DNA of 64,000 bases from Planctomycetota bacterium (GTDB lineage Bacteria; Planctomycetota; UBA1135; UBA2386). The notes beneath the pieces are model-generated. The model was not told the origin of the DNA and did no database searches. It was given only the letters and a program-made list of their open reading frames with translations. Positions within the stretch are counted from its first letter, which is position 1; each line of letters opens with the position of its first letter. Both the position numbers and the translations under genes were made by a program. This document shows, piece after piece, positions 30,319 to 40,202 of this stretch. The DNA lies in contig OZ245006.1 in the NCBI GenBank assembly GCA_965223545.1, positions 2,528,001-2,592,000 of the forward strand. Direction: 5' to 3'.

Positions 30319-31731
30319 ATGCTCCCGCCCGACTCCCCGAACTCCGCCGAAGGCGCCACGCTCGATCCGACCCCCGACGAGATGCGCCGCCTGGGCCATC
30401 TCGCGGTCGATCTGGCGGTGGAGCACTGGACCACGCTCCGCCAGCGCCGGGTCGGACAGCGCGCGAGCGCGGCCGAGGCCGGTGCGGTGATCCGCGAGCC
30501 GCTGCCGGAGACCGGCCACGGCCTCGAGTCCTCGCTGCACCGCTATTTCGAACAGCTGCTCGACACCGCGACCTTCACCAACCACCCGCGCTTCTTCGCC
30601 TACGTACCGGGGCCGGGCAGCTTTGCCGGTGCACTCGGCGGCTGGGTCGCCGCCGCCACCAACCTGTTCGTCGGCACTTGGCTGGGGGGCGCGGGGATGG
30701 CGCAGCTCGAGCTCGAGGTGCTCGAGTGGCTGCGCCAAGCGCTCGAGCTTCCCGAGGGGACGACGGGTGTGCTCACCTCCGGCGGCTCGGTCGCCAACAT
30801 GAGCGCGCTGGCGGCGGCGCGGGCGCATGCCGGTGCACCCGAGCGCGGCGCGGTGTTCACCTCCGAGGCCGCGCACTACTCGTTCGCCAAGGGGGCACGA
30901 GTGATCGGGCTGCCCGAAGCGGCGATCCGCGCCGTGCCGACCGACGCGCGCGGCCGCATGCGGGTCGACGCGCTGCGCGGCGCGTTGCAAGCCGCCGTGG
31001 ACGGGGGCGAAGTGCCGTTCTGCGTCTGCGCCACCGCCGGCACGACCTCGATCGGCAGCATCGACCCGCTGACGGAGATCGCCGACCTCTGCGCCGAGTT
31101 CGGAGTCTGGCTGCACGTCGACGGCGCGTACGGCGCCGCGGTGGCGCTGCTGCCGGAGGAACGCGAGGCACTCGCCGGAATCGAGCGCGCCGACTCGCTC
31201 ACCCTCGACCCGCACAAGTGGCTGTACGCACCGTTCGAGTGCGGCTGCCTCTTGACTGCGCACACAGGGTCGCTGCGGCGCGCGTTCACCGCCGACGCCG
31301 ACTACCTGCAGGACGTGCCGCGCGACGAGGTCAACTTCTTCGAGCGCGGGCCCGAGCTCTCGCGGGGCAACCGCGCCCTGCCACTCTGGATGTTGCTGCG
31401 CTCGGTGGGTCTGGAGCGGATCCGCGTCGCGATCCGCAGCGACCTTCGGCTGTGCCGGCTGGCGCGCGATCTGATCGCCGCCGATCCGCGGCTGGAGATC
31501 GTCACCGAGCCGCAGCTGTCGATCTTCTCGTTCGCGGTGCGGGGGGACGAGGATGCGAGCCAGCGTTTGGTGGAGATCCTGCTGCAGGACGGGCGGGTGA
31601 TGCTGTCCTCGGCGCGGGTCGATGGACGGTTCGTGCTGCGGTTTTGCGTGGTCAATCACCGGACCAGCGAGGACGACATTCGCGCCGCGGTCGCGGTGAT
31701 CAGGGATTCGGTGGCTGCCGCCGCCGAGTAA
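30319..31731 (+). CDS. Group II PLP-dependent (aromatic-L-amino-acid-type) decarboxylase
   Basis: HPRFFAYVP, TSGGSVAN, TAGTT, WLHVDGAYG, DPHKWL, LRFCVVN. Confidence 0.93.
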   Translation: MLPPDSPNSAEGATLDPTPDEMRRLGHLAVDLAVEHWTTLRQRRVGQRASAAEAGAVIREPLPETGHGLESSLHRYFEQLLDTATFTNHPRFFAYVPGPGSFAGALGGWVAAATNLFVGTWLGGAGMAQLELEVLEWLRQALELPEGTTGVLTSGGSVANMSALAAARAHAGAPERGAVFTSEAAHYSFAKGARVIGLPEAAIRAVPTDARGRMRVDALRGALQAAVDGGEVPFCVCATAGTTSIGSIDPLTEIADLCAEFGVWLHVDGAYGAAVALLPEEREALAGIERADSLTLDPHKWLYAPFECGCLLTAHTGSLRRAFTADADYLQDVPRDEVNFFERGPELSRGNRALPLWMLLRSVGLERIRVAIRSDLRLCRLARDLIAADPRLEIVTEPQLSIFSFAVRGDEDASQRLVEILLQDGRVMLSSARVDGRFVLRFCVVNHRTSEDDIRAAVAVIRDSVAAAAE

Positions 31732-31953
31732 CCCCACCCCATCCGCGAACTCGCCGGCGGCAGAGCACCGCGAGGCCTGCATTGGGAGTTCTCGAGTCGT
31801 CGGAGCTACTGGTGCAACACCGACCCGAGCCGGGGATAGTTGCCCGGAGGCCGGCGAGCGACGCGGGCCATGCCGCCGACGACATCCATCATGACGACAC
31901 CACCACGACTCTCGTTCACGGGCGCTGGCGGCTGCGCGGTCGTCGGTCGCGCG

Positions 31954-34899
31954 ATGGCCCGGCTGATCCTGCCGGGGCTGTTGGCGGCCGCATCCGCGTC
32001 GGCGCAGGAAACCGCCGAGGCTGACCTCGCCGCCAGCGTCGAGCGCCTGGAGGTCGCGGCGGGGACCGGTGAGGCTGAGGCGATCGCCGCAGCGGCACGG
32101 GCGGCGGCGCGCGCGCTCGGTGAGCTGGAGCGGGAGGCCGGGGTCGCGGCGAGTGACCTCGCGGCCGTCGAGCGGCTCGGTACGCTGGCCTTGCAGGCGG
32201 GTCAGCTCGAGGTCGCCGAGCAGGCGTTCACGGCCGCGATCACGGGTTGGGAGCTGGTCGGACCACCGGACAGCACGCGGGCGCTGGCGCTGACCGGTCG
32301 GTTGGCGCTTTGTCGCCGCGCGCGGGGCGACGTGGAGGGCGCGCTGGCCCTGCTCGACGACGTCGTCGCCGAGCTCTCCGCGCAGCTGCCGGCCAGCGAC
32401 GAGACCCTGCTGTGGAGCCAACGGCAGCTCGCGGAGACCCACTTCGCTCTGGGCGACGTCAAGGCCGCCCGCGCTGTGCTGGAGCGCGTGCTCGCGATCC
32501 TCGACGGTCTCGACCTGCCGGACGGCGATGCCACGATGATGGCCGTCCTGCACCGGCTGGGCCACTACCGGCACCGCGACGGTGATCTGCCCGCCGCGCG
32601 AGCCCTGTTCGAGCGGCGCTACGCGGTCCTGGCCGATGGCGCAGACCAGGACGATCCTTCTCTGCAGGTCGCGCGCCAGAATCTCGCCTCGGCGTACTAC
32701 GGGCTCGGCGATGTCCAGGCCGCATACGCACTGCTACACCAGGTGTACGAGGTGCGCCGCCGCACGCTGGCCGACGACGCCCCGCGGCTGCAGTCCATCC
32801 GGAGTTCGCTGGGTTTGATGGCGGCAGACCTCGGCGACGACGAGCGCGCCCGCGAGCTGCTGCAGAAGGCACACGACGTGGCGTGCGCGACGCTGCCGAA
32901 CGAGCACCCGGCTCTGCAGCAAGCGCGCGACGTGCTGGCCAAGGTGCTGCGGCGCACCGGCGATCTGCAGCGGTCCCTCGCCCTGATGCAGCAGGTCTGC
33001 GAAGTCTACGAGCGCACGCTGGACGAGGATCAGCCCAAGAAGCACACGGCGCGGCTCAATCTGGGCTTCACGCTGCAAAAGCTCGGGGAGCTCGACGAGG
33101 CTCGGGGACTGCTGGAGCAGGCCCACGCGGCCCTCGCCCGGTTGCTGCCCGGCCACCACCGGGTCGTCCAGGCTGCCCGGCGCATGCTGCTCTCCGTGTG
33201 CTGGAGCCAGGGCGACCTGGACCGCGCGGTCGAGCTCGCGCTCGCCGCCGGCGCGGCGACCCGCGATGCGTTGCGGGTGCTGTTGCTGGCGCCGCGGCCC
33301 GCCGCGACGCTGGCGGAGGGCGAGTGGGTCAGCGTCCATGACTGTCTGAGTCTGGCGACAGTGGTGACCGACGCGGCCCAGCGCCGCGCGCTGGAGTACG
33401 ACGCGCTGTGGACATCGCAATTGCTCCGGGGCGTCTCGGTGCGCCTCGCGCGCGAGACCAAGGCCCTGCTCGCCGGTGCCGTCGACGGCGAATCCAGTGA
33501 GCGGCTGCTGGCGGCCAACACGGCAGTCAGCGTCGCAGCGCGCGGGCGACCTTCGCCGGCGGCGTCGGGTTCGCTCGACGAACCGCTGCGCGCGCGCAAC
33601 GAGCGGCTGCTGCGCGCAGTGCACGAGAAGGAAACCCTGGAACGGCGCCTTCTCGAGCAGGTCCGTGCCTCCACCCCCCCAACGCGGCAGCAGACTACGC
33701 CACAGCAGGTCGCGGCTGCTCTGCCGGAGGACAGTGCCGCCGTGGCGATCCTCGGCTACCGTCACCGCACCGAGCTGCCGGGCCGGCCCGGCTGGTTCGA
33801 GTACGAGAACCACCTCACCGCGCTCGTCCTGCGCCGCGGGGGCGGGTGGACGCGGGTCGACCTGGGACCGAGCTCGGCCATTGCGGCGTTCGAGGATCGA
33901 GTGGGGATTGCCGCCGACCCGGCGGAGGCGCTCGCCCTCCGCCGTCGGGTCGTCGATCCGATCCTGGCCGCGCTCGGTCCGGAGACCACCGTCTACGCCA
34001 GTCTGGACGTGGCCCTCGAGCTCGTTGCCCTCGATGCCCTGCCACTGGACTCCGGAGAGCCCGTGGGGCAGCAGATCGCCTGGCGCTTCGTGACGTCGCT
34101 GGTCGAGCTGTGCGAGCACCCCACGACCGTGCCCGGCGCAGCGGCGCAGCTGCTCGCGTTCGGTGGCATCGATTACGACGGGCCGGCGGAGTTGGTGTTG
34201 CCGGCGCTGCACCGCGATGCAGCGCCTGTGCCGGGCGCGACCCGCGGCGGCGAGCCGCGCACCTTCGCTCCGCTCGCCGCCACCGCCGGCGAGGTCCGCT
34301 CCGTCGGGGCGCTGTTTCGGCAGGACTTCGACGCCGGGCGCGCCTGGCTCGCGCTGGGCAGCCAGGCCAGCAAGGCGACGCTGCTTGCAGCGGCGCCGAC
34401 GACCACCTTCCTGCATCTCGCGACGCACGGCTTCTTCGCGCCGGAGGCCCCCGCGAACGCCACCGAGCCGGGGCGCCGGGTGAGCGCCCTGTCGCCCATG
34501 GTGCTCACCGGGCTCGCGCTCGCCGGCGCCAACCTGGGCGCCGACCGGGACGGCCGCACGCCCGGCGTGGTGAGCGCCGAGGAGCTGTTCGCGCTCGACT
34601 TGTCCGGCTGCTTCCTGGCCGTGCTCTCGGCCTGCGACTCGTCGCAGGGGGTTCGCACGCAAGGCCAGGGCCACGCATCCCTACACCGCGCCCTGCACGG
34701 TGCGGGTGCGCGCTACGTGCTGTCGTCGCGCTGGCAGGTCGGAGACCAGGAGTCCGGCCGGTTGATGGCGGAGTTCTACCGCCAGCTGTGGAGCGAGAAG
34801 CAGGCGCCCCACGATGCGCTTTGGAGCGCGAAGATGGCGCTGCGGAAGCTCGGCGCCGCGCACCGGGAATGGGCCGCGTGGGTCTTGACCGGGCTTTGA
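31954..34899 (+). CDS. TPR-repeat CHAT (caspase-like) protease with predicted signal peptide
   Basis: About eight kinesin-light-chain-like TPRs; LHLATHGFF and VLSACDS dyad motifs; WAAWVLTG end; alternative ATGs at 31870 and 31891. Confidence 0.92.
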   Translation: MARLILPGLLAAASASAQETAEADLAASVERLEVAAGTGEAEAIAAAARAAARALGELEREAGVAASDLAAVERLGTLALQAGQLEVAEQAFTAAITGWELVGPPDSTRALALTGRLALCRRARGDVEGALALLDDVVAELSAQLPASDETLLWSQRQLAETHFALGDVKAARAVLERVLAILDGLDLPDGDATMMAVLHRLGHYRHRDGDLPAARALFERRYAVLADGADQDDPSLQVARQNLASAYYGLGDVQAAYALLHQVYEVRRRTLADDAPRLQSIRSSLGLMAADLGDDERARELLQKAHDVACATLPNEHPALQQARDVLAKVLRRTGDLQRSLALMQQVCEVYERTLDEDQPKKHTARLNLGFTLQKLGELDEARGLLEQAHAALARLLPGHHRVVQAARRMLLSVCWSQGDLDRAVELALAAGAATRDALRVLLLAPRPAATLAEGEWVSVHDCLSLATVVTDAAQRRALEYDALWTSQLLRGVSVRLARETKALLAGAVDGESSERLLAANTAVSVAARGRPSPAASGSLDEPLRARNERLLRAVHEKETLERRLLEQVRASTPPTRQQTTPQQVAAALPEDSAAVAILGYRHRTELPGRPGWFEYENHLTALVLRRGGGWTRVDLGPSSAIAAFEDRVGIAADPAEALALRRRVVDPILAALGPETTVYASLDVALELVALDALPLDSGEPVGQQIAWRFVTSLVELCEHPTTVPGAAAQLLAFGGIDYDGPAELVLPALHRDAAPVPGATRGGEPRTFAPLAATAGEVRSVGALFRQDFDAGRAWLALGSQASKATLLAAAPTTTFLHLATHGFFAPEAPANATEPGRRVSALSPMVLTGLALAGANLGADRDGRTPGVVSAEELFALDLSGCFLAVLSACDSSQGVRTQGQGHASLHRALHGAGARYVLSSRWQVGDQESGRLMAEFYRQLWSEKQAPHDALWSAKMALRKLGAAHREWAAWVLTGL

Positions 34900-35076
34900 G
34901 AGGCCGGGCGCGCCACCGGTTCTTGGCCGAGCATGCCCCGCGTGACACGCGTGACGCGCGCGCCGCTCCGGTTTCGGAATTCGTGCCACGGCCGGGCGCC
35001 CGCGCGCTCTTCCTCGAGGGTCGTACCTCGCCCCGCGGGTGGCCCCGGCCTGATGCCGCGCGACAGTATTGCTCCC

Positions 35077-35658
35077 GTGTCCGAGTCAGCAAGCCCGAGC
35101 ACCGACGCTCGCGACGATCCGTGGTCGCGGGCTCTTGGCGGTGACGCCGACGCCCGCACATGGCTGATCGCGCGCGCCTGGGCCCTCGCCGGAGCGCGGC
35201 TCGGCCGCCTGACGGCAGACCAGCGCGAAGAGATCCGGCAGGAGATCGCCGAGTCCGTCCTGCGGGCGTTGGCGACCGGCCTCGCTGCCACGGCGAATCT
35301 CGACGCGTTCCTCGCCTGGCGCGGTCGCGCGGAGATCACCGAGTTCCTCCGGCGGCGTGGCCGCGCGGACCTGGACCTCGATCCGGGGGACGCACTCCAC
35401 CTCGCCGGCATGGAGCCGTCGCCGTTCGAACGCGCCGCCGGCAAGGAGCTGCGCGGCATGATCGAGGCGTGCTTGCGGGGCGTGCCCAACGCCGACCACC
35501 GCGCGGCCTGGGCGGCGCGCTACCTCGAGGGTCTGGAGCCGCGCCAGATCGCGGCGGCGGGCAGCGCATCGGCCGAGACGGTGCGGACCTGGATCGCCCG
35601 CGCCGCGCGCTCGATCCGGAGCTGCCTGGAGCACAAGCTCGCCGGAGGCACACGATGA
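35077..35658 (+). CDS. ECF RNA polymerase sigma factor (divergent)
   Basis: REEIRQE...FLAW; region 4 RYLEGLEPRQIAAAGSASAETVRTWIARAARSIRSCL. Confidence 0.85.
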   Translation: MSESASPSTDARDDPWSRALGGDADARTWLIARAWALAGARLGRLTADQREEIRQEIAESVLRALATGLAATANLDAFLAWRGRAEITEFLRRRGRADLDLDPGDALHLAGMEPSPFERAAGKELRGMIEACLRGVPNADHRAAWAARYLEGLEPRQIAAAGSASAETVRTWIARAARSIRSCLEHKLAGGTR

Positions 35659-36605
35659 CGACGAGGAACCCGCGCAATCGGGACGACGACGAGCGCATGG
35701 TGGCCTACGCGCGGCGCGAGATGACCGAGGCCGAGCGGTTCGAGTTCGAGCAGCGGCTGTCCTCGGATCCCGCGCTCGCCCGGGCGTACGAGCGGTTCGC
35801 GCAGGTCGATCTCGTCGCCGACGTCGTGGCCCGCGAACGCACCAGCCGCGGGCGCGGCGGCACCCGCCGGTGGCTGCTGCCAGCAGCCGCGGCGGCCCTG
35901 GTCGCGGTCGCCGCACCGTGGCTCTGGGATCGTCTGCGGCCCGCCGGGATCGCCTTCGACGCGCGCGCGGTGGCAAGCGTCTCGACCGCGTCGTTGCAGG
36001 TCTACTCGGCCAGCATCGGCGTCGAGCAGCCGCAGCGCGTGCCACGGCAAGCGCTGCGCGCGGCGGAGCCGGGGCAGGCCGCGGTCGAGCCGCGGTCGGC
36101 GGCGGAGTTCGAGCGCGTGGTACGGGAAGCGGAGGCGCGCCGTAGCCGCACGGCCTTCGCGAGCCCGGCGGCGGTGCTCTCGTTGCCCGACGCGGTCGCG
36201 GTCACGCTGCGGTTCCGCACCGACGCCGAGCCGTGCTCGGCGATCGTGGTGAGCCGGTCGGTGGACGGCCGCTGGCGGCGGCGCTATCCCGCGCCTCCCG
36301 GCGAGCTCGTGTTCGCCGAGGTCGCCAACCGCTTCGCGCCAGGCGTCACGCACACGCTGCCGCGGCCGGTCGTGCTCCGCAACCCGAATTTTGCGGACCG
36401 CGTCCACGCGCACGCCGGGTTTGGCCTGGTCACGGCCGAGGGACCGACGCGGGCCTTCGTGCTGGCGCTGCGGCGAGACGCCGTCACCGACGACGTGCTT
36501 GCCGACCTCGACGCTCTGCTCGCGCGGTCTCCTGGTGAAGACGAGGTGGCGGCCTGGTTGCGGGAGCGGGGCTTCGCGCTCGAGCGGCTGGCGATGGGCT
36601 CGTAG
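35655..36605 (+). CDS. Putative transmembrane anti-sigma factor
   Basis: ATGA overlap; N-terminal YARREMTEAERFEFEQRLSSDPAL typical of anti-sigma domains; TM WLLPAAAAALVAVAAPWLW. Confidence 0.8.
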   Translation: MTTRNPRNRDDDERMVAYARREMTEAERFEFEQRLSSDPALARAYERFAQVDLVADVVARERTSRGRGGTRRWLLPAAAAALVAVAAPWLWDRLRPAGIAFDARAVASVSTASLQVYSASIGVEQPQRVPRQALRAAEPGQAAVEPRSAAEFERVVREAEARRSRTAFASPAAVLSLPDAVAVTLRFRTDAEPCSAIVVSRSVDGRWRRRYPAPPGELVFAEVANRFAPGVTHTLPRPVVLRNPNFADRVHAHAGFGLVTAEGPTRAFVLALRRDAVTDDVLADLDALLARSPGEDEVAAWLRERGFALERLAMGS

Positions 36606-36782
36606 TCGAGCTGGGAGGAGCCCGGCGTTCCCGCCGGCGACGCTCGTCGAGCCGTCGCGACGAGAATCGTGTCACGCGCCGCGGCCCGGCGCCTCTGAGA
36701 GAGGTGTGAGGCCACCGAAGCGCGCTCGACCGGGGCGCGCTCGGCGCGGCCGCCCTTCGCTTGTTCCTACTCACACGATCCC

Positions 36783-37190
36783 ATGATTCGATTCGAGAAC
36801 ACCCATCGCTTCCTGCTCGCAGCGCTCGTCGCCCTGGCGAACGTCGCCACCCTCCTGCCCGCCCAGACACCTCCAGCGAACTCGCCCGCCGGCAAGTACG
36901 AGATCAAGAAGATGGACGGAACCCCGGTGGTCCGAGGCAAGAAAGCCGAGGTGGAGGTGAAGCAGCTGTTCGTCGGCGTCCCGATCTGGGTCGCGGAAGT
37001 CACCCTCGACGGCGAGCCGATCGAGGGTGAGAGCATGCTCATCACGGTCCGCGAAGATGGCACCGGCTACGAGTGGGTCAACAACAACGGCAACGAGGGC
37101 ACGCTGGACGACCACGGTGGCGGGGACTTCAAGTCCGAAGTCACGACCGGACCCCACGCGGGCACCGAGCGACTCTGGGACCGGCAGTAG
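36783..37190 (+). CDS. Small secreted beta-rich hypothetical protein
   Basis: Signal ending LLPAQ; GC-biased third codon positions. Confidence 0.8.
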   Translation: MIRFENTHRFLLAALVALANVATLLPAQTPPANSPAGKYEIKKMDGTPVVRGKKAEVEVKQLFVGVPIWVAEVTLDGEPIEGESMLITVREDGTGYEWVNNNGNEGTLDDHGGGDFKSEVTTGPHAGTERLWDRQ

Positions 37191-37219
37191 CGCTCTCTCG
37201 TGGCAACGCGCAACGCGGA

Positions 37220-37910
37220 GTACCAGCCAGAGGCGTTCAGCGCCTACTTCTGCATGAGCCCGAGCCTGTCGTGGAACGACGAGGCGCTCGTCGAACAGCT
37301 CGAGGACATCGAACCCACGCACCCGATGTGCGCGCCGTTCGCCTAGTTCTCGGCGGGCGACGGGGGCGGCTCGATGAACCCGCCGCTCGAGAAGGTGGTC
37401 TGGCACTACCGCGAGCGCGCGCCGCGCCACTGTCGCTGGCACGTGGCCCGGGCGCCGCCGCCCACTTCGAGTGGGACTGGGTCGCGGCGCGCAACCGGCC
37501 CAAGCATACCAACGCCCCCACGGCGGTGACCGGTAACGACCAGGCCGTGCACGGCGGACAGACGGTGGAGCTGGACGGCAGCGGTTCGTACGACCACCGG
37601 ACCGCGTCGGAGGATCTCGAGTATCGCTGGACCCTCGCCGGGGTGGAGGGGCCGAGCATCCCGCCGTCCGCCAGCCGGCCGTTCCGGGCCGGTGCCGGGA
37701 CGCGCGTCGGCCCGCTCTTGGTCTTGGCCGGTGCTCCAGTGACCGGTGGCGATGCGGTGGAGCCAGCGATGCAGGTCGGGCACCGGCTTCGGTGACGCGC
37801 GGCAACCGCGCCTGCCGCTATGGATGTTGCTGCGCTCGGTCGGCCTGGATCGGATCGGCGCTTGGAGTTCGCCGCCGAGTGAGCCCAGCCCCTCTGCGAT
37901 CTTCTCCTGC
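37220..37910 (+). pseudogene. Mosaic of remnants: esterase fragment, PKD/Ig-like fragment, decarboxylase fragment
   Basis: FSAYFCMSPSLSWNDEAL (with internal stop); NAPTAVTGNDQAV...VELDGSGSYD...LEYRWT; 37797-37857 matches 31361-31422. Confidence 0.7.
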
Positions 37911-38002
37911 AGAGCACAGCGACGGGCGCCCACCTCGGAGCGTCCTGGGTGGTCCAGGTGACAGCCAGAGCACAAAGGTTATACTGGACGTCGAGGAGAA
38001 CC

Positions 38003-40183
38003 ATGCAGCAATCATTGGCACCATGCGTCGCCCTGCTGGCAAGCGGCCTACTCATTTCTGACCGCGGCTCGGCGCAATCGTGGAGTCGCACGCCAACTCC
38101 CCGGTCGCTACAGCTCGGCGCGATGGCGTACGACGAGCGGCGCGAACGCATTGTGGCTTTCGGCGGCCACGGAGAAACGGGAGAGTGGGACGGCAACCGA
38201 TGGACCCTGCGTTCACCGGCGAACGCGCCTCCCGTGAGACGCAGCCACGTGCTGGTCTACGACGCGGCGCGCGGATGCACCGTGCTGTTCGGCGGTGCAC
38301 TCACGAGCCCCGCACCGCTGCTCGACGACCAGTGGGAATGGGACGGCGTCGACTGGCGGCAGGTGTCGCCGAGCCCGCGGCCCGCGGGGCGCATGCGCGC
38401 TGCGGCCGCGTTCGACGCCGCGCGGGGCCAACTCGTGCTGTTCGGCGGTTACACCGGGCCCGGCCAGCCCACGAACGAGACCTGGCTCTGGGACGGTCGG
38501 CGCTGGACGCAGGCTTCGCCGACGGCGTCCCCCGCGCCGCAGGCCGCCTATTTCATGTGCTACGACGAAGTCCGCGCGCGCGTCGTGTTCCACGGCCGCC
38601 TCGACGAGACATGGGAGTGGGACGGCAACAACTGGAGCCTGCGCGGCCCCGGCCCCAACGCCGAGGGCCCGCTCGTGTTCGACCGGCGGCGAGGCCGCAC
38701 GGTCCTGGTCGGTGGCACCGAGCGCAACACTGCCGGAGTCTTGGTGCAGCAGACGCACGAGTAGGACGGCAGCCGCTGGACGAAGACGACGACGGGCGCA
38801 GTGCCGGGTCGTGGCAACCACAGCGCCGCGTTCGACGCTGCGCGCGGCGTCACCCTGCTCCACGGCGGCGATTTCCTGGGCGATACTTGGACGTACGACG
38901 GCAGCTCGTGGCGACTGGCCGAGGAGACGCTGCCGAGGACCCGGATGGCCGCGGTGTGGGACGTGGCCCGTCGCGAAGTGGTCGCGGTGAGCGCGTGGGC
39001 CTCGCCACTCGAGTTCTACACTCTGACTTGGGACGGCCGTGCCTGGCGGCGCCACCTGCCAGCCAACACGCCGACCGCACGAACGGGCCCCGCCCTCGCG
39101 TTCGACGAACGCCGCGGCCGCGCCGTGTTGTTCGGCGGCTTCTTGAGCGGCCCCGGCGGCGGCTGGGCAGCCGATGAGACCTGGGAATGGGACGGCAGCG
39201 ACTGGCGCCACATCGTGCCCGCGGTGCGACCTCCTGGGCGCTGGGACCCCGCGATGGCCTACGACGTCCGCCGCCAGCGCGTGTTGTTGTTCGGTGGCAC
39301 CGATCGATTCCGACAGGCGCTGAATGACCTCTGGGAGTGGGACGGTAGCCAGTGGACCCGCGTGACGGGCGGAGTCACGCCGCCTCCGCGCTCCGCCTCG
39401 GCGCTCGCCTACGATCGATCGCGCGGAGTTGCCGTCTTGTTTGGCGGAACGGATGCGACCGGTCTCCCCAAGGCCGACACCTGGGAGTGGGACAGTGCCA
39501 GTGGCTCTTGGCGATCGGCTGCGCCTGCGCAGGCCCCGCCCGCGCGCGCGTTCCACAGCATGGCCTTCGACGAGGTCCGTGGTCGTGTGCTCGTGTTCGG
39601 TGGTGAGGCTGCTCGCAACACGCCCCTCGGCGACACTTGGGAGTGGGACGGCACCAGCTGGACCCAAGTCGCGACCGTCGGCCCGGATGCCCGGGCGGGA
39701 CACGCTCTCGTCTACGACCGCACCCGCCGGCAGACCGTCGCGTTCGGCGGCAACGCTTTCTTGTACGCCACCAACGACACGTGGGTCTTGAGCAATGCGC
39801 CGGCAGCGAAGGCAACTCTCGTGGGCAACGGCTGTGGCGGTCTCGGACTGACAGCGTACGGCCCGCCCGCGATCGGCAACGGAGCCTTCGCTCTCGATGT
39901 TCGCGGCGCACGGCAGAACGCGCCCTACGCCGTCTTGCTGTCGCCCGCAGCCGCGACGATCCCGCTCGGCGGCGGCTGCACTCTACTCGTCAACCCGACG
40001 CCGGGTGTCGCGCTGCCGGCCTGGACGAATTCGGGGGGCTTCGGCGCGTTCGCGCTGCCGATTCCCGACAATGCGAGCCTGCTCGGCGCCGTCGTGCACG
40101 GACAGGCCGCCGCGCCGACGGCGGGCGGACCGCTCATGGGCTACGGGGTGACGGGGCGCGTCGACCTCGACATCGGGCGGTGA
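38003..40183 (+). pseudogene. Secreted Kelch/galactose-oxidase-like repeat protein with C-terminal domain, interrupted by in-frame TAG at 38762-38764
   Basis: GAGGAG RBS; repeated YD..R...VLFGG...TWEWDG units; the two ORF-track pieces are in frame (THE*DG). Confidence 0.8.
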
Positions 40184-40202
40184 ACGTGCCGGGCACAGTC
40201 GA

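Noticed and set aside
29299..32574. Apparent 1346-aa TpiA fusion
   Set aside because: The extension overlaps aroF and the antisense strands of the decarboxylase and CHAT genes; TpiA starts at 29298
31954..36605. Type III-E CRISPR (Craspase) locus
   Set aside because: No Cas7-11, Cas1 or array in the window; only the analogy is kept
38762..38764. Pyrrolysine or alternative genetic code at the TAG
   Set aside because: The position is a structural Trp of the repeat, and TAG serves as a normal stop in several other genes in the window
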